A stretch of 64,000 nt of DNA from Oligoflexia bacterium (GTDB taxonomy: Bacteria; Bdellovibrionota; Bdellovibrionia; JABDDW01). Each line of letters starts with the position of its first letter. Within the stretch, counting starts at the first letter, position 1. The notes under the pieces are model-generated. The model made no database searches and was not told the DNA's origin. It was given only the letters and a program-made list of their open reading frames with translations. The position numbers and the translations under genes are program-made. The stretch lies in assembly GCA_020847095.1 (NCBI GenBank), contig JADLCR010000058.1:3778-67777 (forward strand), written 5' to 3'. Of the stretch, positions 9,957-17,946 are shown in pieces.

Positions 9957-10070
9957 AATTGAGTCAAAGTCCAAAAGCCACAATACCTGAATGCGTTTGT
10001 ATACTCATAAATTTTCTACAGAACCTTTTAGTTTTTGCACTCCCGACCCATCATAATCTCACGTACCCCT

Positions 10071-10083
10071 GTGACACTGTCAC
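10071..10083. promoter_or_regulatory. Perfect 6-1-6 palindrome GTGACA-C-TGTCAC, candidate operator
   Basis: Seen in intergenic DNA 65 nt upstream of the ATG at 10149. Confidence 0.35.
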
Positions 10084-10148
10084 CTATCGACTCAAATAAG
10101 GTATAGAAATTGTAAGTGAAAGGTTCTTTTATGAGAGAGGTTTAATCG

Positions 10149-12077
10149 ATGTCACTGCTCAAATACGCCATTTTACCGTTATTTATACTCTGTGTGCTCG
10201 CCACTGTACCTTCTGGCGCAAACGAAATTCCCGCAGATCAAGTTCCTCCGCTTTTTCAAATCAAAATCTATCAAAGTGAATTAGCTCCCGATCATTATAT
10301 TGTCCTGGGTAAAGATGGCATCTACGCCGATGCGGGCAATTGGTATGTCTTGAATATTCAAAACGGGAAGGTCACCTCTCCCAAACTTCGTCAAGAATCG
10401 TATATGTATTTTGGCGGTGGTTTCGATTTTAGATTTGAATCCGGTGAATGGCTCTACATACCAGGGGGAAACAGCTCAGTAACAGCCCCTGGAGCCACCC
10501 TTGAAGTTATTCCGCCGGGTTTAATTGACCCCAATCGAGGCCGAACACCTCTTAAAGAAGTTAAAGTCACGGAATCCCTATTGACCGAGATCGGGGTCGA
10601 TAAGTTTGTCTCGCCTGATTTTGTTAAAAAGCTGGCGCAATTAGAAAGCCAACCACCGTATCGCTTTCCTAAGGCCCCACCAGAAAATATCCATTTATTA
10701 GTTGTAAAATTAGATCCTAAATCCGACGAATACGGCAAAGTTTCTGCTTCACTAAAGGCTTACCTCAAGACTCAAAACGCCTACGCCATCCAAACCGACG
10801 ATCTGTACTTCACCGAAAGTAGTTATTTGTATATTTGGACCTTTGCTGGACTTACACCAACCATTCAGGCTTGGCTCAAGACCAATTATAATATCGAACC
10901 GGTGCTCTATCGCCGTGCTCCCGATGTTGCATCCCTCCCGAGCAAAGCCCCAGTCGATATCAAAACAATTTGGGAGCAAGAGCCATTCGAGCGGCTCAAA
11001 TTGATCATCTCGGCCTACGAACAAATCGAAGCGACGCTCATGATTAAAAGTAATGACGAGCTCAAAGAAGATGCAATGAAAGTTGGAGGTTTATTGGCAG
11101 CTCTTGAGCAAACATTGCAAATGACAACTCGAACGCAATCGACAGTTAGACATTGGGAGCAATCAGAGCAAGCACGGTTTGAACTATCAAAGCTCTTTAT
11201 TGATCCGATAAGATCGCTTCTACGAAGGGGCTACGAAATTCTAAATCGCATGCAAATTCCCATGGCGCGCCAGATATTTTTGTTCGCCGGAAAAGAGAGC
11301 GCTCCTCGGATTCAACTTCTCACTCAACCCTCTGGCAATGGATCCGAGGATTACTTTGAGACTTGGCTCTCGATGCTTAAAGGTCGGATCAGCTGGATTA
11401 AGCAAGCTACTAAAAAAGACCTGCTTGAAACTCGCCAAAAGCTACACACCGGCGCCCTCTTGAGTGAGTTTTCAAACATTAGCGTTCAATACGGGGACTA
11501 TTTGGGAAATCAAAACGACGCTTCGATGTTCGAAGAAGAAAGATCTGAGTTTCCGCTGTTGCTCTTTGGAATTAAAGACAGCCCCCAACATCGAGCGGCC
11601 CTTGTCAGGTTTGTGATTGAAATGGATAAACTGGCCCAACTTCAAAAGGATAAATACCCGACCGAGGGATCAAATCCTAAAATCTTTGGAAGTCTGACTT
11701 TACACCGGGTCATTACTGGTTTGGTTAGCGCGGCCGAATACGAGTATCTTACCGCCGATATCAATGGATTTTCACGAGCGCTATTTTTTAGACAGGCCAT
11801 GATGATCGTAACGGAGCTTCTCAACACCAGTCGCATCACCATCGTCAATAGCGGAACCTATTTGTCCATTTTAAACACGGCAATATCCCTGCAAAAAACC
11901 GTGACTCGTGACTTTGGCGTCGTTCCGAATGCCCAAGTTAAATCTGAAGAGTTAAATCGCCTCACTGAGCAGCTTTTGCTCTTACATCAAGCAGTTCAAG
12001 TGCGCATGGTGCGAGGAATTTTTGAGAACCCTGAGGTCGCAGCTTTAAATTGCGCGGGAGCTCTCAGAGCCCTTTAA
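10149..12077 (+). CDS. Secreted hypothetical protein (642 aa)
   Basis: Signal peptide MSLLKYAILPLFILCVLATVPSGA, RBS GAGAGG, beta-rich N-terminus, helical C-terminal half, ends ...LNCAGALRAL. Confidence 0.8.
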   Translation: MSLLKYAILPLFILCVLATVPSGANEIPADQVPPLFQIKIYQSELAPDHYIVLGKDGIYADAGNWYVLNIQNGKVTSPKLRQESYMYFGGGFDFRFESGEWLYIPGGNSSVTAPGATLEVIPPGLIDPNRGRTPLKEVKVTESLLTEIGVDKFVSPDFVKKLAQLESQPPYRFPKAPPENIHLLVVKLDPKSDEYGKVSASLKAYLKTQNAYAIQTDDLYFTESSYLYIWTFAGLTPTIQAWLKTNYNIEPVLYRRAPDVASLPSKAPVDIKTIWEQEPFERLKLIISAYEQIEATLMIKSNDELKEDAMKVGGLLAALEQTLQMTTRTQSTVRHWEQSEQARFELSKLFIDPIRSLLRRGYEILNRMQIPMARQIFLFAGKESAPRIQLLTQPSGNGSEDYFETWLSMLKGRISWIKQATKKDLLETRQKLHTGALLSEFSNISVQYGDYLGNQNDASMFEEERSEFPLLLFGIKDSPQHRAALVRFVIEMDKLAQLQKDKYPTEGSNPKIFGSLTLHRVITGLVSAAEYEYLTADINGFSRALFFRQAMMIVTELLNTSRITIVNSGTYLSILNTAISLQKTVTRDFGVVPNAQVKSEELNRLTEQLLLLHQAVQVRMVRGIFENPEVAALNCAGALRAL

Positions 12078-12085
12078 GTTGCCGG

Positions 12086-13333
12086 TTAAGCTGATTTTCT
12101 TTTTTGAACCACTTCTTCGACGTGGTGGCGAAATTCAGGATAAAGCTTAGTAACGCGTTCAAAGGCATCTCGTTGAAGCTTATAGACATCGCAAAATGTA
12201 TTGGCCTTGGCGGTTGCACTACGGGGCTGTTCAGAGACAAGGGCCATTTCACCAAAAAAGGCACCTTCGCCAAGAGTCGCCACTTTTTTGCCGTCGCGAA
12301 GAACAATTTCAACTTCTCCACTTTGAATAAAGTAAAGCGCATCGCCCTTCTCATCCACACGAAAAATTTTTTCTCCAGGAACAAAGATATGCGGTTCGAG
12401 CTCGTTCATGAGATCTTCAATAAGCTCGTCTTCAGCCTGCGATAAGAACGGAACCTTCTCAATAATTGATTTATTAATATGAAAAAAGAGCTCCGACTGA
12501 ATCTTAGCCGGTAGCCCGTCGAGTAAAGATTGATCTTTGTATCCTTTTTTATGAGTCCACAGGTAGTGATAGTAAGCACGAATGCGGGCTCTGAGATGAG
12601 TGGGCGTGTAATGAATCTTCATAAACGTTTCGATTTTATCGAGGTTATCCATATGATGCTCACGGGCGGCATCTGAGCGGCTTAGTAGGCTTGCCACGTT
12701 ACTTAGAATGTATCCAAAAACTCCCACACCTACCACTTGAACTCCACAGGCGTACATCATTTGCGGGATGGTCTTTGCCGAAATGTCGCCGTAACCTACG
12801 GTGCAAAGCGTAGTAAATGCCCAATAAACAGCTTTTACATATTCAAAGATCTTATCGGGATCGGGCCCCGCGGTTCCGCTCCCCAGAGCGATCCACCCAC
12901 ATGCCGTGAGATGAACTAGTAAAGGCATTACAATGAGCAGAGGCACAAGGCGATAAGTAATGGGTTGAAGCGAATCAAAGTTATCTAAAAATGGTTTAAT
13001 CTTTCGTATGTGTCTTGCTGCCAACAAATTCAGCAATAAAACCGATTCGACAGTGGTTTCAAAGAAAACGAATGCAAAAAATGAAAGTGGAATGGCGCAG
13101 ACCAAATCAAAGAGTACGCTTAGGTTAATCCAATTCTTTAGTCTCTTGTAATCGAGTTTATGTTCTTTGAAGTGCAAGTAAATATTGACGATTGAAACAA
13201 CTGAAATCATGAGGTCGAAAGTTGTTTCAAGTGCGACCGATGGCACATAGCCAATGAGTCTAATGGGTAACCAGAACCCCACCAAAAACCCACCAGCAAT
13301 AGAAAATAGTCTTAAATACTGAAGGCGATCCAT
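12086..13333 (-). CDS. Cyclic nucleotide-gated potassium channel (6TM, C-linker, CNBD)
   Basis: Pore signature TTLCTVGYGDI, C-linker helices, CNBD GDALYFIQSGEV...GAFFGEMAL...PRSATAKA. Confidence 0.93.
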   Translation of the reverse strand: MDRLQYLRLFSIAGGFLVGFWLPIRLIGYVPSVALETTFDLMISVVSIVNIYLHFKEHKLDYKRLKNWINLSVLFDLVCAIPLSFFAFVFFETTVESVLLLNLLAARHIRKIKPFLDNFDSLQPITYRLVPLLIVMPLLVHLTACGWIALGSGTAGPDPDKIFEYVKAVYWAFTTLCTVGYGDISAKTIPQMMYACGVQVVGVGVFGYILSNVASLLSRSDAAREHHMDNLDKIETFMKIHYTPTHLRARIRAYYHYLWTHKKGYKDQSLLDGLPAKIQSELFFHINKSIIEKVPFLSQAEDELIEDLMNELEPHIFVPGEKIFRVDEKGDALYFIQSGEVEIVLRDGKKVATLGEGAFFGEMALVSEQPRSATAKANTFCDVYKLQRDAFERVTKLYPEFRHHVEEVVQKRKSA

Positions 13334-13368
13334 GTGCCTTATTTATCGGAACTTACAGGCAAATTCCG

Positions 13369-13384
13369 ACAGACCAAAGTCTTG
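13369..13384. promoter_or_regulatory. ACAGAC-CAAA-GTCTTG, degenerate copy of the recurrent RGAC-N4-GTCY palindrome
   Basis: Intergenic, between the divergent channel gene and the small secreted-protein gene. Confidence 0.3.
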
Positions 13385-13481
13385 CGGGCCATAAGATTTG
13401 AGGTCCGTAATTCTCAGTGATTTAATTAATTTGACGCGATGCTACTCACGCGTTAATTAAATGGCCTTAAGGAGTAATAAG

Positions 13482-13844
13482 ATGAAAAATCTAATTTTAG
13501 CAGCGATCACTTTGACGCAATTTTCTATTGCCCATGCAGCGCCGACTAAAATCATCTGCCATGGTACTGCCGATCAGTGGATGCAATCCATAAGTTTTGA
13601 TTGGGATATTACCCTCGATCAGCCAACCGCTAATGTTGCAACGGTCATCTTAACAAATAATTTGGGCGGAAAGCCTTCTACCAGCACATCTGAAACAGAC
13701 TACTCGCTTACCAAAAACTCCTCAGGATTTGTTTACACTTTCACTGAAGGTAACGGATACGAGTGGACTGTAACCACCAAAGACAATCGCCAGGGAGTCT
13801 TGTACTACAGCGAAGGCCTTTCGGCTTCTTGTCGCCTCAAGTAA
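13482..13844 (+). CDS. Small secreted beta-rich protein
   Basis: RBS AAGGAG before ATG 13482, signal MKNLILAAITLTQFSIAHA, two Cys near the termini of the mature chain. Confidence 0.8.
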   Translation: MKNLILAAITLTQFSIAHAAPTKIICHGTADQWMQSISFDWDITLDQPTANVATVILTNNLGGKPSTSTSETDYSLTKNSSGFVYTFTEGNGYEWTVTTKDNRQGVLYYSEGLSASCRLK

Positions 13845-13855
13845 ACCGGCTCAAA

Positions 13856-14566
13856 CTATTTTTTTGAGCAAGCTTGCCTGATTTGCTCTGCAAGCCTCTG
13901 ACGAGCAGTTGCCGCAATGGAATGCCACACTACCATTCGGCCAACATTTTCAATTGAGTTTTTTAGCTTAAGACTGTCGGCAATCCCTAATGAAAGGGAA
14001 TTGGCCGCAGCAGCACTTAATGAATCAAAATCTATTTCACTAAGTTTTCTTCCACTCTCTTGAATGATGTTTTCGGCAAGCACAATGGTGTCTTCCTGAT
14101 CTAAAAACAAGATGTTATCATTATTAGCAGAAACTTTATAATAATCTAACATCACCGTATGTCCGGCAGCAAAGAAGGGAATATTTGCTCCAATGAGAAC
14201 TGAGGCTGCCTGAAAAAGTGATCTTGCCTGAGGGCTCAGCATAGCAGCCAACTCAGCAAAGGTTGCCTTGCCTAAAATAGAACTGAGACCAAGGCTTGCT
14301 CCGACAGAAAAAGTGGCGGCCACTGATGCGCCAAGGGCCCCCGCTGAAAAATAAGTCGCTATCTTTGATGATCTCAGTGCACTTTCAAGACTCGCAAGTT
14401 GTTCCATCAAATCTAGGACCCTTCGAAGATCGTGGTCGCGCCTGATATTCAAATCTGTAATTGTTTTGCCCGGATTAACTGGACAGGTAATTGGCGATTC
14501 CTTGTCGGCCACTGAAGTGACCGAAAAAAATAGTATGGTTACTAAAATGCCAAACTGCTTTTTCAT
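13856..14566 (-). CDS. Secreted hypothetical protein with Gly/Ala-rich hydrophobic hairpin
   Basis: RBS AAAGGA before ATG 14566, signal ...SVTSVA, coiled segment then FSAGALGASVAATFSVGASLGLSSILG and FQAASVLIGANIPFFAAG. Confidence 0.75.
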   Translation of the reverse strand: MKKQFGILVTILFFSVTSVADKESPITCPVNPGKTITDLNIRRDHDLRRVLDLMEQLASLESALRSSKIATYFSAGALGASVAATFSVGASLGLSSILGKATFAELAAMLSPQARSLFQAASVLIGANIPFFAAGHTVMLDYYKVSANNDNILFLDQEDTIVLAENIIQESGRKLSEIDFDSLSAAAANSLSLGIADSLKLKNSIENVGRMVVWHSIAATARQRLAEQIRQACSKK

Positions 14567-14684
14567 ATACGATCCTTTCAACAAGATCAGAATTCAACCC
14601 TACAAATGCATTCTATCAAAAATGATAAGGCCGCTAACCAATCTTGGACTATTTAGCAGGTTATAAGACTTACAATTTTTACTA

Positions 14685-15962
14685 CTAAATCGCTCTAGGC
14701 AGATAGAGACAAGGCTTTGCGCCATCACGACCGGGTTTTGCGCCATCACGACCGGGTTTTGCGCCATCACGACCGGGTTTTGCGCCATCACGACCGGGCT
14801 TTGCACCATCGCGACCGGGCTTATCAATTTTCCAATTTCCTTCTGCGTCGATGGAAATTTCAAAATCGCTATATAGACTTAAAGTTCCGCTTGCGTTCTC
14901 GTAGGCATTAACAAACGCAGTGCAAACTGCAGATGGAGCACTTAATGCAGTTTTCAATTTTTCCATTGCCCTGGCCGACTTCAAAATGCCTTGACCCAAT
15001 CTGATGAACTCCGAAAACGAAGAGTAGTCATCAGAGATTCTTTCCGGTGCTAAATTGGCCTTGACCTTTGATTCCATTGCCGAGCGCGGGAAGTAAACGT
15101 TATAAACAATCTGATATAAACTAAGTCGAATAGCCTCAACTGCTGAGTCATTGGCATACGCACAAGACTCAAGGCCCTTACAGCCCCAGAACTGACCCAA
15201 AATCATTTGATCGGTGGTCATTCTAGGTGAGTGCAAAATCAACTCCGAAAGTGGACCGTTTGCCGACACCAAGCTGCGATCATTTAGAATTCCAAATTCG
15301 GGGTATTGATTCCCCTCCACCGCTTTCAAATTTCGCTGAAACAATCCAGCCTGTGTAATGGCCAATGTTTCATCCAAAAGCAAAAACGAAATCCAATCCG
15401 ACGACTCCCGAAGTCCAAAATCAGACTGAACTTTCTCAATATCCAAAAGTTTGTCTCGATATAAATGAGAAACCTCATGAACAAACGCTGCCGCCAAATC
15501 AATGGGGGGCAAATCAGAATTCAAGAATATGGTAGACGTTTGACAGTCATAAGCCCCCTGAATATCCGAACTCGCAGATGATTGCGCATCCAGAAATCGA
15601 ATACCCCCAACTGATTGCAAAAGTTTAAACAATTCAAGAACGGGACTTTTATTAGCACCAACGCCGGCTGGAGTAGCAAAGTGCTCAAGACTGGATTTCA
15701 AATATGTCATTTTAATATCTTGATGACATTGCCCTAACATTCGCGATTGAGAAACGGCAGTTTCAATAAGTTTTCTCGTTTCTAATGCCATTTTTGGTTC
15801 TGCCAATTGAGCTTGAGAGGCATAGCGATTCACGAGGTCGCTGACGACATTTTGCATGACCTCGCAGTTTAATTCGGGCTTCATTGAATTGGCATTTGGC
15901 GAGATCAAGACGAACGAACAGCAAATGAGTCCAAAAACAATTCTTTGAACGAATCTATTCAT
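14685..15962 (-). CDS. Secreted HExxH zinc metallopeptidase-like protein with C-terminal (KPGRDGA)5 repeat
   Basis: Signal ...LISPNANS, GAYD...IFLN...LAAAFVHEVSHL, downstream LLDETLA (possible third ligand E), tail DKPGRDGA x5 then KPCLYLPRAI. Confidence 0.75.
   Translation of the reverse strand: MNRFVQRIVFGLICCSFVLISPNANSMKPELNCEVMQNVVSDLVNRYASQAQLAEPKMALETRKLIETAVSQSRMLGQCHQDIKMTYLKSSLEHFATPAGVGANKSPVLELFKLLQSVGGIRFLDAQSSASSDIQGAYDCQTSTIFLNSDLPPIDLAAAFVHEVSHLYRDKLLDIEKVQSDFGLRESSDWISFLLLDETLAITQAGLFQRNLKAVEGNQYPEFGILNDRSLVSANGPLSELILHSPRMTTDQMILGQFWGCKGLESCAYANDSAVEAIRLSLYQIVYNVYFPRSAMESKVKANLAPERISDDYSSFSEFIRLGQGILKSARAMEKLKTALSAPSAVCTAFVNAYENASGTLSLYSDFEISIDAEGNWKIDKPGRDGAKPGRDGAKPGRDGAKPGRDGAKPGRDGAKPCLYLPRAI
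14712..14822 (-). repeat. Five tandem 21-bp units encoding KPGRDGA, plus a partial sixth (KP)
   Basis: Minus-strand unit AAR CCC GGT CGY GAT GGY GCA. Units 3-5 are identical and every difference between units is synonymous. Confidence 0.98.
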
Positions 15963-17223
15963 TGATCCGCACCTTAATATGATTTGTTGAGGAAATTTGA
16001 CCGTCGGCCATCTTTATCTTAACGCCGGTTCGCTTTCGAAGCTTCGAAATGGCATTCCAAATGAGTTGATCATGACGATGAGGGCGAAAAGCCGGCAACT
16101 TCCAAACTTTTGAGAAAAGTTCTGCCTTCGAAATATTACTAGAAACTGCTTCTAAGATGCGGTTTTCTAATTCAGTGAGTTTAATGATCTGCCAGGGTTC
16201 AAGACGAAACAGCAATTCCAATTCTGGTATATGCACATACTCAATGACTTCTCTTGAATCAAATTTTTCAATCTGTCTGAATGCCGGCAAGCTCGGAGTT
16301 TTGAAGTTGCTTTTGAAATTCAACAAGTCCGAACCGGTTGTTGTGATAGAAGAATGTGAAGATTGAGTTTCACTTAAAAGAGATTTTACTCTGTCAAATT
16401 CACTTATTGAAATCAGCGGCAATAAACGTGTTTCAAGGGCTGCGCCAGCGATGACGAGCTCGAGTTGGGATAGGTGTATATAAAGGTTTTCTTTTAGTTG
16501 CTCATGAACAAGCAGACTTGCCAAAGCTTCATCGAAATGATCTTTCAATTGAATCCGTCGAATGTCGACAATCAATCTCAAAAGAGATGATAACTTGTTG
16601 AGATCCAACGGTCCCGAGCGCTGATCATTAAAGAGCTTGTTAACTAATTTTGTTTTATTGGCGTTCAGATCATCGCGGTATTGAACTTTAATTTTTAATA
16701 TTTCAGAGTAAAAGCCAGAGATGGTGTCTTTGTATAACTCAGTGAGTGCCACAGCCAATTCAAGATCTTGGGTGCATTGAGCAAACGATCCCATTTCAAA
16801 AAGACAAAGCGCCTTCACTTGAAGCAAAGATAGCCTCGTCAATCCAGCAGATTCTAAGTTCAATGCTTCCTGACAAATTCGACTTGCCTGAGCCCATTGG
16901 CCTGTAAAGACGAGCAATCTTGCTTGCTCGAACATGAGCTCAGAGGTCATTTTAGGATCTAAATTCTGAGATCGGATCGATTCGATAAGCTTTTCAGCCT
17001 TTGCGAAATCGCCTTTAAACAAATCTATTCTAAGTTTTAGTAAATCGGCCACCTCAGATCGACCCTGAATCTTAGCTTTAGCCAAATCCACGGTCCAATT
17101 GGTGTAGAAGTCCTTATAAATTTCAGTGTCAATATTCTGGGCGGTAGGGGCCTTTCCCGTCACCGCGTGGCGCTCTTCTTGGTTTAATAGCTCTAGCTCG
17201 TGAGCTTCATTTGAGTTTTTCAT
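15955..17223 (-). CDS. Tetratricopeptide-repeat protein with C-terminal winged-helix (OmpR-like) DNA-binding domain
   Basis: TPR-like helices (LFKGDFAKAEKLIE, FEQARLLVFTGQWAQASRICQEAL, ALCLFEMGSFAQC..L..A), C-terminal ISKAELFSKVW...IWNAISKLRKR. Overlaps the peptidase gene by 8 nt. Confidence 0.75.
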   Translation of the reverse strand: MKNSNEAHELELLNQEERHAVTGKAPTAQNIDTEIYKDFYTNWTVDLAKAKIQGRSEVADLLKLRIDLFKGDFAKAEKLIESIRSQNLDPKMTSELMFEQARLLVFTGQWAQASRICQEALNLESAGLTRLSLLQVKALCLFEMGSFAQCTQDLELAVALTELYKDTISGFYSEILKIKVQYRDDLNANKTKLVNKLFNDQRSGPLDLNKLSSLLRLIVDIRRIQLKDHFDEALASLLVHEQLKENLYIHLSQLELVIAGAALETRLLPLISISEFDRVKSLLSETQSSHSSITTTGSDLLNFKSNFKTPSLPAFRQIEKFDSREVIEYVHIPELELLFRLEPWQIIKLTELENRILEAVSSNISKAELFSKVWKLPAFRPHRHDQLIWNAISKLRKRTGVKIKMADGQISSTNHIKVRINE

Positions 17224-17325
17224 AGGTTCTCAATGGCACTTCACGACGTATGCCACAAGAATACAGGAATTTAGCTTCTTCCTGGCGGTTCAAATGTTCG
17301 ACTCAGGGGTAAAAAGTGCGCTTAA

Positions 17326-17805
17326 TTAGTTTTTAAGGGTTTCAGCGGGCCAGCAGAAGCCATGATAGGAGTTTGTTCCGGTTTCATTTAGATACTCGCC
17401 GTGTGAGGTGATCCAAATATTGTATTTGAAAACGTCGTCTTCGACGCACAAGGTGCCGTTGGCCGAAATCACACCGTCATTGTTATAGCTCGTAAACCCA
17501 TAACAATTTTGGCGAAACTCAACTAATTTAAAATTTTCAAATTTCCAAGCTGAAGAAACTCTCTTCGTTTCAATTGAGCCTAAGAACAGTCCCGGGTTGT
17601 CACCATTGATCCGAAGTAAAAATGCTTTTTTCAATAAGGGCCCCTGTGGATCGACGGCAGTTCCGCGATCTTCTGAGGGGCAAACAAAGTCCGCATCATC
17701 AAAAGCATTGTTGAATTTCCGATCGGCCATTGCCCAAGAACTCGCCACAATGACGGACAAAAAAACGCCAAAAATTTTCGCTATACAATTCGATTTCATC
17801 ACCAA
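17326..17805 (-). CDS. Secreted hypothetical protein
   Basis: Signal ...VASSWAMA, four Cys in the mature part, RBS GGAG. Confidence 0.75.
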   Translation of the reverse strand: MVMKSNCIAKIFGVFLSVIVASSWAMADRKFNNAFDDADFVCPSEDRGTAVDPQGPLLKKAFLLRINGDNPGLFLGSIETKRVSSAWKFENFKLVEFRQNCYGFTSYNNDGVISANGTLCVEDDVFKYNIWITSHGEYLNETGTNSYHGFCWPAETLKN

Positions 17806-17879
17806 AAACTCCGTGAAAAATGTGACTCGTTAATTAACACGATTTGACCCATCTTTAGGACTGTAAAAATGATGAGGGT

Positions 17880-17891
17880 CCTAGATCTAGG
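17880..17891. promoter_or_regulatory. Perfect 12-bp palindrome CCTAGATCTAGG between divergent genes
   Basis: Seen directly. It overlaps CTAGAT-CTAG-GGCCAG (17881-17896), a two-mismatch version of YTRGAC-N4-GTCYAR. Confidence 0.35.
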
Positions 17892-17946
17892 GCCAGAAAT
17901 GAGCATATTGATCCTCAAACTCAAATTGCTTAATTATCATTAACTC

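Noticed and set aside
13343-13369. Sigma28 promoter for the channel gene (TCCGATAA)
   Set aside because: The -10 box fits but the position 15 nt upstream reads TCGG, not TAAA. A similar lone -10 box at 20583-20590 was also not called.
14712-14822. 21-bp repeat array as a CRISPR array or as collagen
   Set aside because: Units are contiguous with no spacers and lie in frame inside a gene. The 7-residue period breaks the Gly-X-Y triplet needed for collagen.
14600-14911. ORFs 14600-14863 (-, VVMAQNP repeats) and 14717-14911 (+, RHHDRVL repeats, superficially a His-rich metal-binding peptide)
   Set aside because: Shadow frames of the same repeat. All unit differences are silent only in the KPGRDGA frame.
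17891-17905. Sigma54 site GGCCA-GAAAT-GAGCA before the 17947 gene
   Set aside because: The GG-N10-GC spacing fits but both boxes deviate from consensus, so it is likely chance.
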